A stretch of 63,682 nt of DNA, filler included, from Asterionella formosa (taxonomy: Eukaryota): NCBI GenBank assembly GCA_002256025.1. It is 10 parts of 10 records of this genome, joined end to end, with 100 filler letters (N's around TTAATTAATTAA, not from the genome) between each part and the next. Parts side by side here need not be neighbours in the genome. Positions count along the whole stretch, not along the records: positions 24,567 to 42,844 come from NKIB01004114.1; positions 42,945 to 44,079 come from NKIB01004115.1; positions 44,180 to 45,314 come from NKIB01004116.1; positions 45,415 to 63,682 come from NKIB01004117.1; 6 more parts are not named here. One strand, written 5' to 3'. Made by a program: the position numbers and the translations under genes. A model generated the notes under the pieces. The model was given only the letters and a program-made list of their open reading frames with translations, made no database searches and had not been told where the DNA came from. Positions within the stretch are counted from its first letter, which is position 1. Each line of letters begins with the position of its first letter. Positions 37,147 to 48,657 of this stretch are shown here, one piece after another.

Positions 37147-38416
37147 GATTCCAGTACTAGACTATTCTATACGAGGACTGTCAAATGAGTGATGTCAGGA
37201 GAGGTGAGAGTTTCCTAAGCTTTACTTGGTGTTGGCTGAAGTTATGCGGTAAAGATTTCATCTGTCTACTTTTTTTACGATGCAGGATACGAAGTTCATT
37301 CAGCATCGAGACTGCATATACGGTACCCTGGTACCGGTACCTGGTACCTGGTACCAGGTATATATGTAATATCTGTCAGTATACATAGCAATACCATCAT
37401 TTATTCCTATCTATTCCGGTACCGGTATGTACTTACTTACTTCCAGGTACCTGGTTCCAGGTACCAGGTATTACCGGTAGGTTCAATGGAGAGATTTGGC
37501 GCGCCAATTTCAAGGAAAGCGATTTCATGTACGAATATCGCTGTATAATGCTATGTACGGAGCAACGCTCGCCGTGGTAACTAAAAATTGATCATTTTTT
37601 CGGAAATTGATATTACGGACAAGGACGGACGCGATGGAGTTAGTATATCAGGCGAGCACCGGATGATACAAACCACGCGACGCGAATCGAAGGAGTCGAA
37701 GCTGAGAATTCAATATAGCGACAACGCGACTATTAAGTTCTAGCTTTTAGAGTTGAATCGAACAACCAAGAGTCGGCAGCTAAGACAAGGGAAGACAAGA
37801 GCAACCACGCGAGGTTAAACAAGTGAATTAGTGCAAGGGTGAAGCACACAATTCTTTGAATAACGATTCAGAGAAGCAGTCTAAAGCATCGCCAAGCCTT
37901 TCGCAATTTATAGTCTAAAATCACCCACCCTACGTCCCTCCCACGGCAAAGCGCAACTCGACTGCCGCAGAACCCGGAGATTGGATCCGCATTTTGAACC
38001 CGGATTTTGGGAAAGGGACACGTTTACTTAGCACCGAATTCAAAAACCATTTATGCTACTTCTACTTAGTATTTCTGGCTCGCTATTCTAGCATTTGATG
38101 GGTCGATTTTATATATTGCAGCTAAGTACCCACAAAGCTAGTACTACACAGACTACATATGGATAAAGACGAAACGGACGAGACGGTAATTGTGTCGAAG
38201 TTACTTCGATGATATTTTGTCACACTAACCCCAAGCTCTAACCCTTATCTTCAGATGCTACATAGCAGTACTGTATGTACTTTGGAAGAGTTCATACATA
38301 AAAAACGATAGGGTTATTGCTTAGGGGGACGAAATATCAGTTTCCAATTTTTGTGTGTACTATATCATATTTTGCGGAGAATGATCAGCTTGATCACGGA
38401 CAGGACAAGAGCTTAG

Positions 38417-39409
38417 ATGAAGCAACGAAATCTCAGCCTATCATTCTGGTTCCTCATTTTCGTTTCTGGCTGCGGCTGTTTCATACAACTCAACGAAAGC
38501 ATAAAAGTTTCGACTATCGGCGGGAGACGCGACGCAACATTTGAAGAAGGAGCATTAATAGAGCCTCAGCACATTTCTTGCATCACTTTTGGGTTTCCAA
38601 AGCGCACAGTCAACGAAATCGACATTATCAATGACCGGTGGCACACAGGATTGCAGTATGTTCGCAAGGGCGAGTTATCCTTTCTCGAATCAGAAGCACT
38701 TGAGATGCATCGAGATTTGATACATGACGTTGAGTCACAGCAAGTTTCTGGAATGTTGTTCGAATGCGGTGTCGCCAAGGGTGGTTCGAGCCTCTTGCTA
38801 TCCATTGTCAAGCATCCAAATCGGTGCCTTCACTTGTTTGATACATTCCAAGGCATGCCAAAGCCATCCGCAGCAGATGGACCTGATGTACACGAGCGAT
38901 ATAAAGTCATCCAAGATGGAAAGGCCGGCAAAAATTACTATGGGTATATGAAGAACCTGCAACAAGTTGTGAAGATGCATATTGACAAGGCGGGTAACAA
39001 TTCAACTGTGTATCTACACAAGGGACTCTTCGCTGATACTGTATGGCCCGTGGGACCTGTGGCATATGCTCATTTAGATGGGGATTGGTATGAATCGACC
39101 ATTGGCATGTTGGAACGCGTGCACCCATTCATATCCATCGGAGGATACATGGTGCTGGATGATGTGGAACATTTTAGTGGATCCCGGAAGGCCTTGGCAG
39201 ATTTCTTCAACTTTGATGTAGATCTGTGGTTGGATCAAGTCAAGACATTTCGTGCCAACGGGGATAGATCCAAGTGCCGGGCACAGCACGAAGGGATTTC
39301 ATATTCGCTGGAACTTCGATCGCGAGTGGTGGCAAAGAAAATGGGGGAGGGGGGTGCAGAACATGAAATGAAACTCTGTGCCTCCAAAGTAACCAATGCA
39401 GGTGCGTGA
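38417..39409 (+). CDS. TylF/MycF-family SAM-dependent O-methyltransferase with N-terminal signal/anchor
   Basis: ECGVAKGGS, LFDTFQGMP, KGLFADT, AHLDGDWYEST, GGYMVLDD. Confidence 0.92.
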   Translation: MKQRNLSLSFWFLIFVSGCGCFIQLNESIKVSTIGGRRDATFEEGALIEPQHISCITFGFPKRTVNEIDIINDRWHTGLQYVRKGELSFLESEALEMHRDLIHDVESQQVSGMLFECGVAKGGSSLLLSIVKHPNRCLHLFDTFQGMPKPSAADGPDVHERYKVIQDGKAGKNYYGYMKNLQQVVKMHIDKAGNNSTVYLHKGLFADTVWPVGPVAYAHLDGDWYESTIGMLERVHPFISIGGYMVLDDVEHFSGSRKALADFFNFDVDLWLDQVKTFRANGDRSKCRAQHEGISYSLELRSRVVAKKMGEGGAEHEMKLCASKVTNAGA

Positions 39410-39838
39410 TAAAATTTTCTTCTGCTGGTACACTATATTAGCTCCAGGATAAATGAAGAACCTTTTTATTCTTCCTTCTAGTTCACACATAATATGAGGT
39501 GCTGATATAACTTTGTGAGATGTATCACCCTGATTTCATATGGCAATACTGATGGCGTTGTTCGGAATACTGGTATTAGTGTATACTATTCTATAACGGC
39601 TAAAGAGGAGAATAATGGTCTGGGCTTCTGGCACAGATCGAGAGCTAGTTGGAATACATTTTAATAAAATCAGCATCAAGCACCAACCCTATTCTCCTAA
39701 AAAGGAACACATTTCTGCAATAGCCATATCCGAATTCTAGTCAAACCCTTAAATAGTTCCATGGGTATCGAGTACATAGCTTGGTCGGTCGTTGTGGAAA
39801 AAATACATACATGAATGACCTAATCTTGTGAGAATGAC

Positions 39839-41920
39839 CTAATCTTGTGAATACTTCGACATGTCAATGCCCCACTGTTTCGATCGATTGCTTTGTTCAT
39901 CAATGTCAGCTTGATTGTTGGAATTTAGTTTTTGTGCATCAGCGATGGATAAATTGTTTTTGCTGCCATTCCTGGAAAAGGCATCAAAATCGTCGTCGTC
40001 GTCGCTCTCCACAGGAATCTGCTGTCGAACAATGCGCTTCTCTGATTCCTTCGGTGGCACGGTTCCACCCAATAGCCGCCCCAAAGCTCGACGTCCCCCG
40101 CCATTTTCGATGACATCTGTTGATTGCACCTGAGGTAGGGCTGTCGAAGAATTGGGCGGAGGAACGCTTGATGACACTGGAGGAGTGGCAGGAGAAGAAG
40201 AAGTTCCTCCCTTAGCAGCAACTTCAATTGCTCGTTGACGCATTATGTCTTTCATTGTCATACTTCGCTCAGCGGGTTTAGCAGTGAGTGGTGGAAGTGG
40301 CGGCGTAACCAAATTCTTGTTGAGCGTTTGACGCTGCACAAGAGGTCCAACGTCCGGCTTCTTGGTGGCCACGGGTCGACGTGGACCATTCCGGGCCGGA
40401 GCTATGGATGGAGTGAGTCCAGATTGGAGGCCAGAGGGCAACGGAGAATTCAAGGCTCGTAGCTTGGCTAACTGTTCATTTTTAGCTTTGTCGATTTCCG
40501 CCTTCTTCCTTGTTTGTTCTAAAATGTAGTTAAACTTCCCCGACTCTCCCTTCAATCCATCGATAGGGTTCTTAACCCTTTTTACATCATTTAGACTTTG
40601 AAGACCAGCTAGAACCGTGTCCACCACTGGATCAGGATATTGTTCCCCAAGGTCACTTGCATCTGCGATTTCGTCGTGAGTAGAAAGGTCAGGGTTGGGC
40701 GTTTCTTGTTGTGCTGCCACAGAGGTAGTGGGAGAACTTTTCCTTAAGGTCTTCTTCCAGTATTCATCTTGAGCCGCAATCAATTCCCTTTGACGAGCTT
40801 CCTCTGCAAGACGGACCTCTTCTGCGGCTAGAGCAGCAGCAGCAGCTTTTTCCTTTTGTCGCGCCAAAAGTTCAGTTTCTCGCAAAAATTGCTCCTCTTC
40901 TCTCTGACGAATAAGCTCATTCAAGCGGCGATCTTCTTCGATGCGTTGTTGCGTCACTTGCTCGCGCATCGCCTTTCTGCGTTCTTCGTCTGCCAGCGCA
41001 GCGGCCTGAAGGCGCCTACCAAGATCGGTAGGTGTGTTGATATCCTCACATAGAAGCTCGGTCGGAGCATTGAACTCTTCAGCTACCTCTAGAACTGGTA
41101 ACTCCCAAATAATCGGCGCTGCCATTGGAGTTTCAATAGAGATGTCGTCGGCTTCGACCTCAACCGACTCTGGGATTGGATCAGGGTCGAGGGGGAGCAT
41201 TGATGGGTCTTTCTCCACGTGAGGAGCGCTCTTGTACGCATTGAAACGATTAGGATTTGTCACCATTTCAAAATAATCGCGCTTCTTCTTATTTGAGTCC
41301 ATTTTCACTTTCGATGCCACAGACTGGGCAACAGGGTCGTTATCCTTGCCGCGGCCAAAAATCACGTCCCGCATGGGAGACGATCGTCGACGTCCTTTAT
41401 TATATTCATCGAGGTCGGAAGCAAGTGGATGCTGACGAAGGGGCTTGCGGTGCGTGGCGTCTCCTGCTGCGAGTGCAACATCAACAAAAGCCTGCTTTTC
41501 GTCATCCGTCATCCTACCTGATTTTACTCGTTGAATACGTTCTTGAGGTGTCTCAGGCCGAGTCTTGTAGGCAGGTCGATCATCTTGGTTGTCATCCTTC
41601 CCAGAAACACCAGGTGGAACGACTTCTTCTGTTTCCTCTGCTAGATGTTCTGGCCTGCTGTCTGCGGTAAATTTCTTCGTGCTATTACTGTGAGACTCAT
41701 CGTTTCCGCCGATTCGATTAATGATTTGATTCTTAACAAAGGAGCGGATGCCCATTGGAAGCGATGTATCAAATCTTCTCAATTCGTCCCTCAATCCGAA
41801 CTTTTTCGAAGGCAGCAGTCGGTGCCTTGCAATAGATGAAGGGCTTACAAAAGCCACAGAGTCGTTCACTGCAATGAACAATAGCAGCGCCAAACTTGAA
41901 AAGGATACTAAATTCGCCAT
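39839..41920 (-). CDS. Plastid-targeted coiled-coil protein of unknown function
   Basis: Signal peptide ending DSVA-FVSP, transit-peptide-like segment, central E/R/A coiled coil, C-terminal WGIDMSKY. Confidence 0.85.
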   Translation of the reverse strand: MANLVSFSSLALLLFIAVNDSVAFVSPSSIARHRLLPSKKFGLRDELRRFDTSLPMGIRSFVKNQIINRIGGNDESHSNSTKKFTADSRPEHLAEETEEVVPPGVSGKDDNQDDRPAYKTRPETPQERIQRVKSGRMTDDEKQAFVDVALAAGDATHRKPLRQHPLASDLDEYNKGRRRSSPMRDVIFGRGKDNDPVAQSVASKVKMDSNKKKRDYFEMVTNPNRFNAYKSAPHVEKDPSMLPLDPDPIPESVEVEADDISIETPMAAPIIWELPVLEVAEEFNAPTELLCEDINTPTDLGRRLQAAALADEERRKAMREQVTQQRIEEDRRLNELIRQREEEQFLRETELLARQKEKAAAAALAAEEVRLAEEARQRELIAAQDEYWKKTLRKSSPTTSVAAQQETPNPDLSTHDEIADASDLGEQYPDPVVDTVLAGLQSLNDVKRVKNPIDGLKGESGKFNYILEQTRKKAEIDKAKNEQLAKLRALNSPLPSGLQSGLTPSIAPARNGPRRPVATKKPDVGPLVQRQTLNKNLVTPPLPPLTAKPAERSMTMKDIMRQRAIEVAAKGGTSSSPATPPVSSSVPPPNSSTALPQVQSTDVIENGGGRRALGRLLGGTVPPKESEKRIVRQQIPVESDDDDDFDAFSRNGSKNNLSIADAQKLNSNNQADIDEQSNRSKQWGIDMSKYSQD

Positions 41921-42630
41921 TCTCCACTCGTTTCTTGCGCTTCTACGTAACCCAAAAGCTTCAAACGTACAGTAGTAAAAAACAATTTACGCTCAGTGAT
42001 AGCAGAAAGAATAATGCCTTGATCAAAGCAATGGCAAGAACGGGCAACAAGCGCTTCGCAAAATAACGACTTCACAGCTCGTTTCTCCCTGAGGAATATT
42101 TGTCAACATGTGCTGATGATCCTACGCATCCTGGTGGATGTATATCATACTATATGTTACAGTGCTAGTGTGTACCGGTACCTGCTACATGTAGTGTAGG
42201 TAATGATGATCGGTATATTCAAAAGACACCCGGGAACAATCCAAATACGTAATAGTCGTATAATCAACTCTACGAAATACCTGATACCAGGTACAACATG
42301 TAAAATAAGTTCCCATTCCTGACGTCGACTTGAGGACACAACTTATGTAAAGTACGGACATAAATATTTGCTTCTACAAATGGCGTACTGTATACAGCAT
42401 CATACACACTGTGGAGCTGACTAATTAATTAATGATATGTGCCGGGTAATAATGGGTTATCGTTTACACCTCGAACTATTTTCCGTTTATGTACCGTATT
42501 GCTTTCCTGTACCAGTACTGTCCTGCTACGCGCTGTTTTTTTGCACCACGGCAGCGTCGTACCGGAATTTACGAACAGACACTTTGTCCTACCGGTACAT
42601 ACCATCGGTATAATTTGTTAGCTAGTAGTA

Positions 42631-42844
42631 CTCCCTCTGTCCCGTAAATACCGGAAGTTAAGCACCGGGAATTGTGCACAAAATTTGTGAAATGGAGCTT
42701 ATCTTCCGAAATTTTATGGAGTCTCGATGTTCAAGATACGAGATTCCCATATTGCAAAGCAGGAATAAAAACGGGGTTCAGTTGAGCACTGAAGTCGAGC
42801 GAATTGGACGCGCCACAGACAGAAACACGCGCCAAGATCAAGCA
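42631..42844 (+). mobile_element. Tc1/mariner (Stowaway-type) terminus, truncated by contig end
   Basis: TA followed by CTCCCTCTGTCCC, matching the Stowaway/mariner TIR CTCCCTCCGTCCC. The partner end is not in the contig. Confidence 0.55.
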
Positions 42845-42946
42845 NNNNNNNNNNNNNNNNNNNNNNNNNNNNNNNNNNNNNNNNNNNNTTAATTAATTAA
42901 NNNNNNNNNNNNNNNNNNNNNNNNNNNNNNNNNNNNNNNNNNNNCT

Positions 42947-44079
42947 GTTTCTGTTGCTCCGAAAGTCTATAGGGGGTCATCTTATGATAGTCCTATCATG
43001 CATACTGATTACTGGGTGGATTACAGGCCAGCCAAGGAATGCCACATGCGACAAGATGATTTACTGTTCCTACATTGCTACTTTTCTAGTAAATCATGGA
43101 AATCAAGAAAGATGGAGATTAAGGCTATGCTGGATGGTGTGGTTGCAAGAAAGGTTGCTCAATACATTTCCGACAATGAAGACAGAATGCAAGTTTGTAT
43201 GAAAGATATCAGTGTGAATGCTATTGTTAAAGCAATGTCAGAACTTGTACTGGAAAGTACAGAGTCGTCAATCTGTTCTTACCCTGTACAAATTATGAAG
43301 TCCCCTCGTCTGAGTGAGAATCCAGCCAACATTTCGCCAGCGAAAGTATTCAAGCTTCAATGGCTGCCGACTGTGTCACTGCATCCCTACTATGCACCTG
43401 GAGACGGATTGGTACCTCAAGTGAACTCGAAAGCAAGCTCTGTTTCTGTTGCTCCGAAAGTCTATAGGGGGTCATCTTATGATAGTCCTATCATGCATAC
43501 TGATTACTGGGTGGATTACAGGCCAGCCAAGGAATGCCACATGCGACGAGATGATCTACTGTTCCTTCATTGCTACTTTTCTAGTAAATCATGGAAATCA
43601 AGAAAGATGGAGATTAAGGCTATGCTGGATGGTGTGGTTGCAAGAAAGGTTGCTCAATACATTTCCGACAATGAAGACAGAATGCAAGTTTGTATGAAAG
43701 ATATCAGTGTGAATGCTATTGTTAAAGCAATGTCAGAACTTGTACTGGAAAGTACAAAGTCGTCAATCTGTTCTTACCCTGTACAAATTATGAAGTCCCC
43801 TCGTCTGAGTGAGAATCCAGCCAACATTTCGCCAGCGAAAGTATTCAAGCTTCAATGGCTGCCGACTGTGTCACTGCATCCCTACTATGCACCTGGAGAC
43901 GGATTGGTACCTCAAGTGAACTCGAAAGCAAGCTCTGTTTCTGTTGCTCCGAAAGTCTATAGGGGGTCATCTTATGATAGTCCTATCATGCATACTGATT
44001 ACTGGGTGGATTACAGGCCAGCCAAGGAATGCCACATGCGACGAGATGATCTACTGTTCCTTCATTGCTACTTTTCTAG
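42947..44079 (+). CDS. Open coding tandem array: 495-bp / 165-aa unit, at least 2.3 copies, open at both contig ends
   Basis: Unit recurs at 42998, 43493 and 43988 (MHTDYWVDYRPAKECH...). No stop in this frame across the contig. About 4 substitutions between units. Confidence 0.7.
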
Positions 44080-44179
44080 NNNNNNNNNNNNNNNNNNNNN
44101 NNNNNNNNNNNNNNNNNNNNNNNTTAATTAATTAANNNNNNNNNNNNNNNNNNNNNNNNNNNNNNNNNNNNNNNNNNNN

Positions 44180-45314
44180 TTGACACAGTTCATCAGCCTG
44201 TCGGAACATGTCGAACAACGGCGAGAAGAAATTGGCGCTGCACTCGGGGCGGATGCTGCCTTGCTTTGCAATTTAATACCAGGTCTTTCCAAGTTAATTA
44301 ACATTGGTCCATTTGAAGGACAACACGATGAAGTGCGAGAAGAGAGAAAGAATTGTTTCGATAAACTCACATTGGCCTGCCGAAAGCTTCTTGATGCAAT
44401 TGCAACCAAAGAGAATCCGCTATGTTTCTTCCTTGATGACATTCAATGGGCTGATGCAGCATCCATGCTATTGATTCAGACTCTCATTTCGAATGTCAAC
44501 AGCAAGCATGTTCTACTAGTGTTAGCGTATCGGGACAGTGTACCAAACGTGGTTAAGGACATTGAGGAAATTTTGAATGGATTCCAAAATAGCGGTGGGA
44601 TGATACCAACAACAAAAATGTCGATTTGTAATATTGATGTTGAGTCAATCAATCTCTTGATATGCAATCGATTGAATATGACAAATGCTGATGAATCATT
44701 GGCATTGAGTGAATGCATTTGGAAGAAAACTCTGGGAAATCCTTTCTTTGTACTGGAATTTCTGGATGAGTTACTTGCCCGAGGTTTCATGATCCGAATT
44801 GACACATGTTGGGAGATTGATATTGAGAGAATCCAAAATGAGACAGATATTTCTACAAATGTTGCAACCGTTATCTATGAAAAGTTGCAACGACTCCATG
44901 TTCATGTCAGGACAGTGCTCACATTTGCTGCATATATTGGGTTTGAGTTCCGATGCAATGTACTGGAAGCAATTGTGGTATCTGAGCACAATTCTAGTAC
45001 TCCCATTTTTCCTCGATTTGAAATGGCCGATAATGGCATTTCAGGCAAAATCTCAAAGGATCAATACCATAAATGGGTGAATGGAATCCTTCATATTGCC
45101 ATTGCAGCAGGTCTAATCGAAAAGAGTGATCATGCCGGCACAACCATGAAATTTGTTCATGACTATCCCCAAACCATTCTGTATAATTCAATTCCAAAAG
45201 GCACTGCACGATCAAGGATACACATGCGAATTGGTCGAGGAATGAGAGAAAACATGCTCAATGGATCAAGTGAAATTATCTTTGCAATAGTTCACCATCT
45301 CAACCATGCGTCAT
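44180..45314 (+). CDS. STAND-class NTPase (MalT/AC10/PknK-like AAA ATPase) internal fragment
   Basis: Walker B FFLDDIQWAD, LVLAYRD sensor, KTLGNPFF (GxP) and FVHD motif. Open at both ends. Confidence 0.9.
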
Positions 45315-45460
45315 NNNNNNNNNNNNNNNNNNNNNNNNNNNNNNNNNNNNNNNNNNNNTTAATTAATTAANNNNNNNNNNNNNNNNNNNNNNNNNNNNNN
45401 NNNNNNNNNNNNNNAAAAAAATGTAAAGAGCGAGCGAGAATTGTAGTACATGGTTGCTGT

Positions 45461-46497
45461 TTATACTTGAAGCGTAGTACAACCCGTAGTTATACTACGA
45501 ATGTGTTGTGGTTGAGGCAATGGAAGAGCATTATCTTCATTCGCAATGATGGGTGCCGAGTGTAGCTTCGTCAAAGTCACATATTCCGGGGCATCGTGCA
45601 CTGCCACTACCTTGGCCACGGACGCTGCTGCCTTGTCTGCTTGGACCATCATGTCGTCATACTTCTTGGAGGGTCGTTTTTGAAACGTGATGGTTCGAAC
45701 AATCTTGCGTCGTGCCGATTCCAAAGCAGTATCAAACTTTTCCAATCCCAAATTTTCAATTGTACGACGACGTTGGGATTTGGTCTTCATGTTTTCCCGA
45801 ACAGCACGAGCACACAAATGAGGAGGAGTATTCCATTCCTTCACCAACATTTCTTGGCGTTTGTCACGGGGGATCAGCATTTGGATTTGAGAACGGCGAG
45901 GAGCTCGAAGGGATTCGAATTTGTCCAATGGAACAGCCTTGCGTTCTTGGTACTTCCACCCGAGACTAAATACCAGTAGTTAGTTCAGTGTAGTAGTAGT
46001 AAGTTCCGTCATGAAGCGATGGGGTGAGTGAGTATGAGCGGCAAACCAACTAACTTAACTAACTAACTAACTAACTATACCATCCAACTCCAGGACCAAC
46101 AAGCCCAACAAGCAACGTACCTAATGGGAGGACCCGACGAACAGGACGGATTGTCGCCCAAGGATCGTTCGTACTCGCGGATTCTGATTTCATCAAAGAT
46201 GACGTTGCGGGGATCGGTTTCCGCCAGAGTGGGAAGCGCTTCCACCGAGGAGGCCACGCTACCTCTTGATCGACTGATATCAAAGTTGTGGAGGGATTCA
46301 TCGAGGCTAGCCACACGCATGCTTGAGCGAAGCTTCATTATGGTGGGACAAGAGGAGCTGCGCTTGAGAGCAACAACGTAGTTGGCTCGATGACATTGCT
46401 GCCCTTCGTGCAAGGAAGCGGATAAGTTCTTGACATGACTGTTGAGCATTTCTTTTGGGGTGCCTTGGAAAGGGAAAGTGGCTCTTGTTGCTTTCAT
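45461..46497 (-). CDS. Diatom-type hypothetical protein; exons ~46497-46121 and 45965-45461
   Basis: Motif VIFDEIRIREYERSLGDNPSCSSGPPI-S-LGWKY is restored by a 155-nt GTACGT...TTTAG intron, followed by E..R.PRR..QM.IP..R.EML. Start codon uncertain. Confidence 0.82.
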
Positions 46498-47453
46498 AGA
46501 AGTATTGAGCGGTGAACCTTGGAAGATTTTGGAACTTTTAAGCCCCCTGGTGCACCTGTGGTTATTTTTAATCAAGTGTAGGTATGTACTGCAACGTCAG
46601 GGAAAGTACAGGTGGTAGATTTTTCTTGGAGGAGCCTCAAGAATTCTATAGACATCCCGTTCGTAAGTGCTTAAACCGAGAAAAGAATAGCTTTCGTTAC
46701 ATTTTGTACATGGTACTACAAGGTACGTACTCACAACTGGGCGAAACAATTGCGTCATTTCTCCGCCATTTGGTCTCCAACGATTTTCTTTCTCTTTCTA
46801 CCAGGTACCTTGCCCTGATGTGGTGTGCCATGCGCTCAGCTCTAGATACATAAAAGGATTAAATATATACATATACATGAGGTTCCGATTGTTAATTTCG
46901 AATTGGCAACTACCGGGACTGGTACTACGTTTTCAAAAAACGTTTTTGGGCTTTTTTAATTTTCACAAATGGCCGTGATCTCGAGCAAATTACACATGCA
47001 TGAGGACCTATTTTTTTCGAACCATTTATCCTCTACTTACACAGGAGGTAGGATATAACAGTTGAAAAATAAATAGTAACTTGCATTTATCATGGAATGC
47101 GTTGCCGCGAAAGTCGCGATGATAGGAATAACGAAAACGACGGTATGCTCGATTTAATGATTTGAACCGTTATATGCCTGGCGCAACAACCGTAAAATGC
47201 TTGTGAAACGACTTGCACACTATTCATAAGAAATGTGTTTATTGTCATGCATAGTGACAGGTTGAATTCTGTTTCCCGCAAAAATTAGACTAGCCGGCCG
47301 ATGCAAAACAGCATTTGGCGTTATGTGCATTTGAGCAATCTATATTTGTACGTATGTTAAATTTGTTTCGAAAAACTTACATATTGCGAGGTCTGTTTTT
47401 TCCGATAACATGTTGATTATGTACCTGAATCCACACATTAAGAACGGACACTC

Positions 47454-47550
47454 GAATCATGGGAATTCATAGTAGGAAACTCACTGTTTCATGCCGTTTA
47501 TACAACCCTAGTGACGTTTTCTCCAAACTAGGGTTAAGCCGGGGCCGCAA
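47454..47550 (+). repeat. ~95-bp dispersed repeat (second copy 51012-51108), probable transposon end
   Basis: GAATCATGGGAATTCATAG ... AACCCTAG..TAGGGTTAAGYCGGGGCCGCAAC in both copies. Similarity stops after CCGCAAC. Confidence 0.8.
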
Positions 47551-48272
47551 CCGTAAGAAAATCAACAAGAGATAACTGCACTTTCTCTGCAGAAGTTAAC
47601 TCCTGATGTTATGTGGTACATGGCTATCATTTTTATCTTCATGAATCCCCGTAGATGTATGAGAGCAATAGTACAAAAAAAGTCGACCTGATCGGCTTTT
47701 TCAACAGTCGCCAAAAGATTGGAAGCGGAATTTGTACGTACAAAAAGTTCTTTGTAGACATAGTAGTCTTGAAAAGAATTATAGCACGTTACTTTATCTA
47801 TGACAAGAAAATTATTGGGTGTTTGGTTCCACCTCGAGAAAAATGTACAGGGGGGTCCAGCAACCATAGGGGGGGTCCAGGACAATGAAGTATACGGTAG
47901 TTATGTTTTACTGCATAATTCTCACCAGTCCGAAAAGACTCAAGGGTAAGTTCCCGCGTCACTACACATATTCTGATTGGTTGAATTGAATTTACTTGGC
48001 TGAAGTATTCCGGTCTTGTAAAATCACGCCAGCCAAACTTGAACCACATGTATTAGATAAACTGTGTTTTGCTAGGCAAAATCAGTACCGGTACTAGTTT
48101 CATCCTGTCGTTATCATGAACCAAGATTATGTCCTACCACATCATACCGGCACTCTGGTACTGAGAAAAATGATTTTATATATGCCTTTCCCTTTTATGT
48201 TATGACTCAAATTATTTTTGTCCGATTTCATCGTAATGTTTAAGCAAGTACAAAGGTTGTTGTAGCTTTTCC

Positions 48273-48657
48273 TAGTAAGTATGTTATATAGCCCATTTGT
48301 ACTCCCCTCTTTCAAGGGAAGTATTTCATTGTGCTGCCTGCCAACAAGACCTGTGCTTCTTCCCTACTTTTGTTAACATACTAGGAGAGTCCCCAACTAC
48401 CACCCTTCACGAAAGATGATCATCTTAGCTGCAGCATTAGGGGAACAAACTCTGACTGCCTCGGAAGGCTGACACAAGCTGCTTATAGGGGGCATAACCC
48501 ACTATTTCGAAAACACCAGGTAAGACCATGCAGGACGGTAGAGAGTGTGGGAGTCGAACCCAACAATTGCTTCTAAAAAATTGCGGGAATCAAACCTCAC
48601 AACCTCGTCAGATCAAAGGCAGCCCAATGTGCTCAACCAACTAGCATAAGCCATTCC
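48273..48657 (-). mobile_element. tRNA-derived SINE-like element, copy 1
   Basis: Pol III-type head with two B-box-like motifs (GGTTTGATTCC, GGTTCGACTCC). Body and 3' end GGGGAGTACAAATGGGC shared with copies 2 and 3. Confidence 0.75.

Noticed and set aside
29289..41975. Many short antisense and alternate-frame ORFs over the real genes
   Set aside because: Shadows of longer motif-bearing CDSs.
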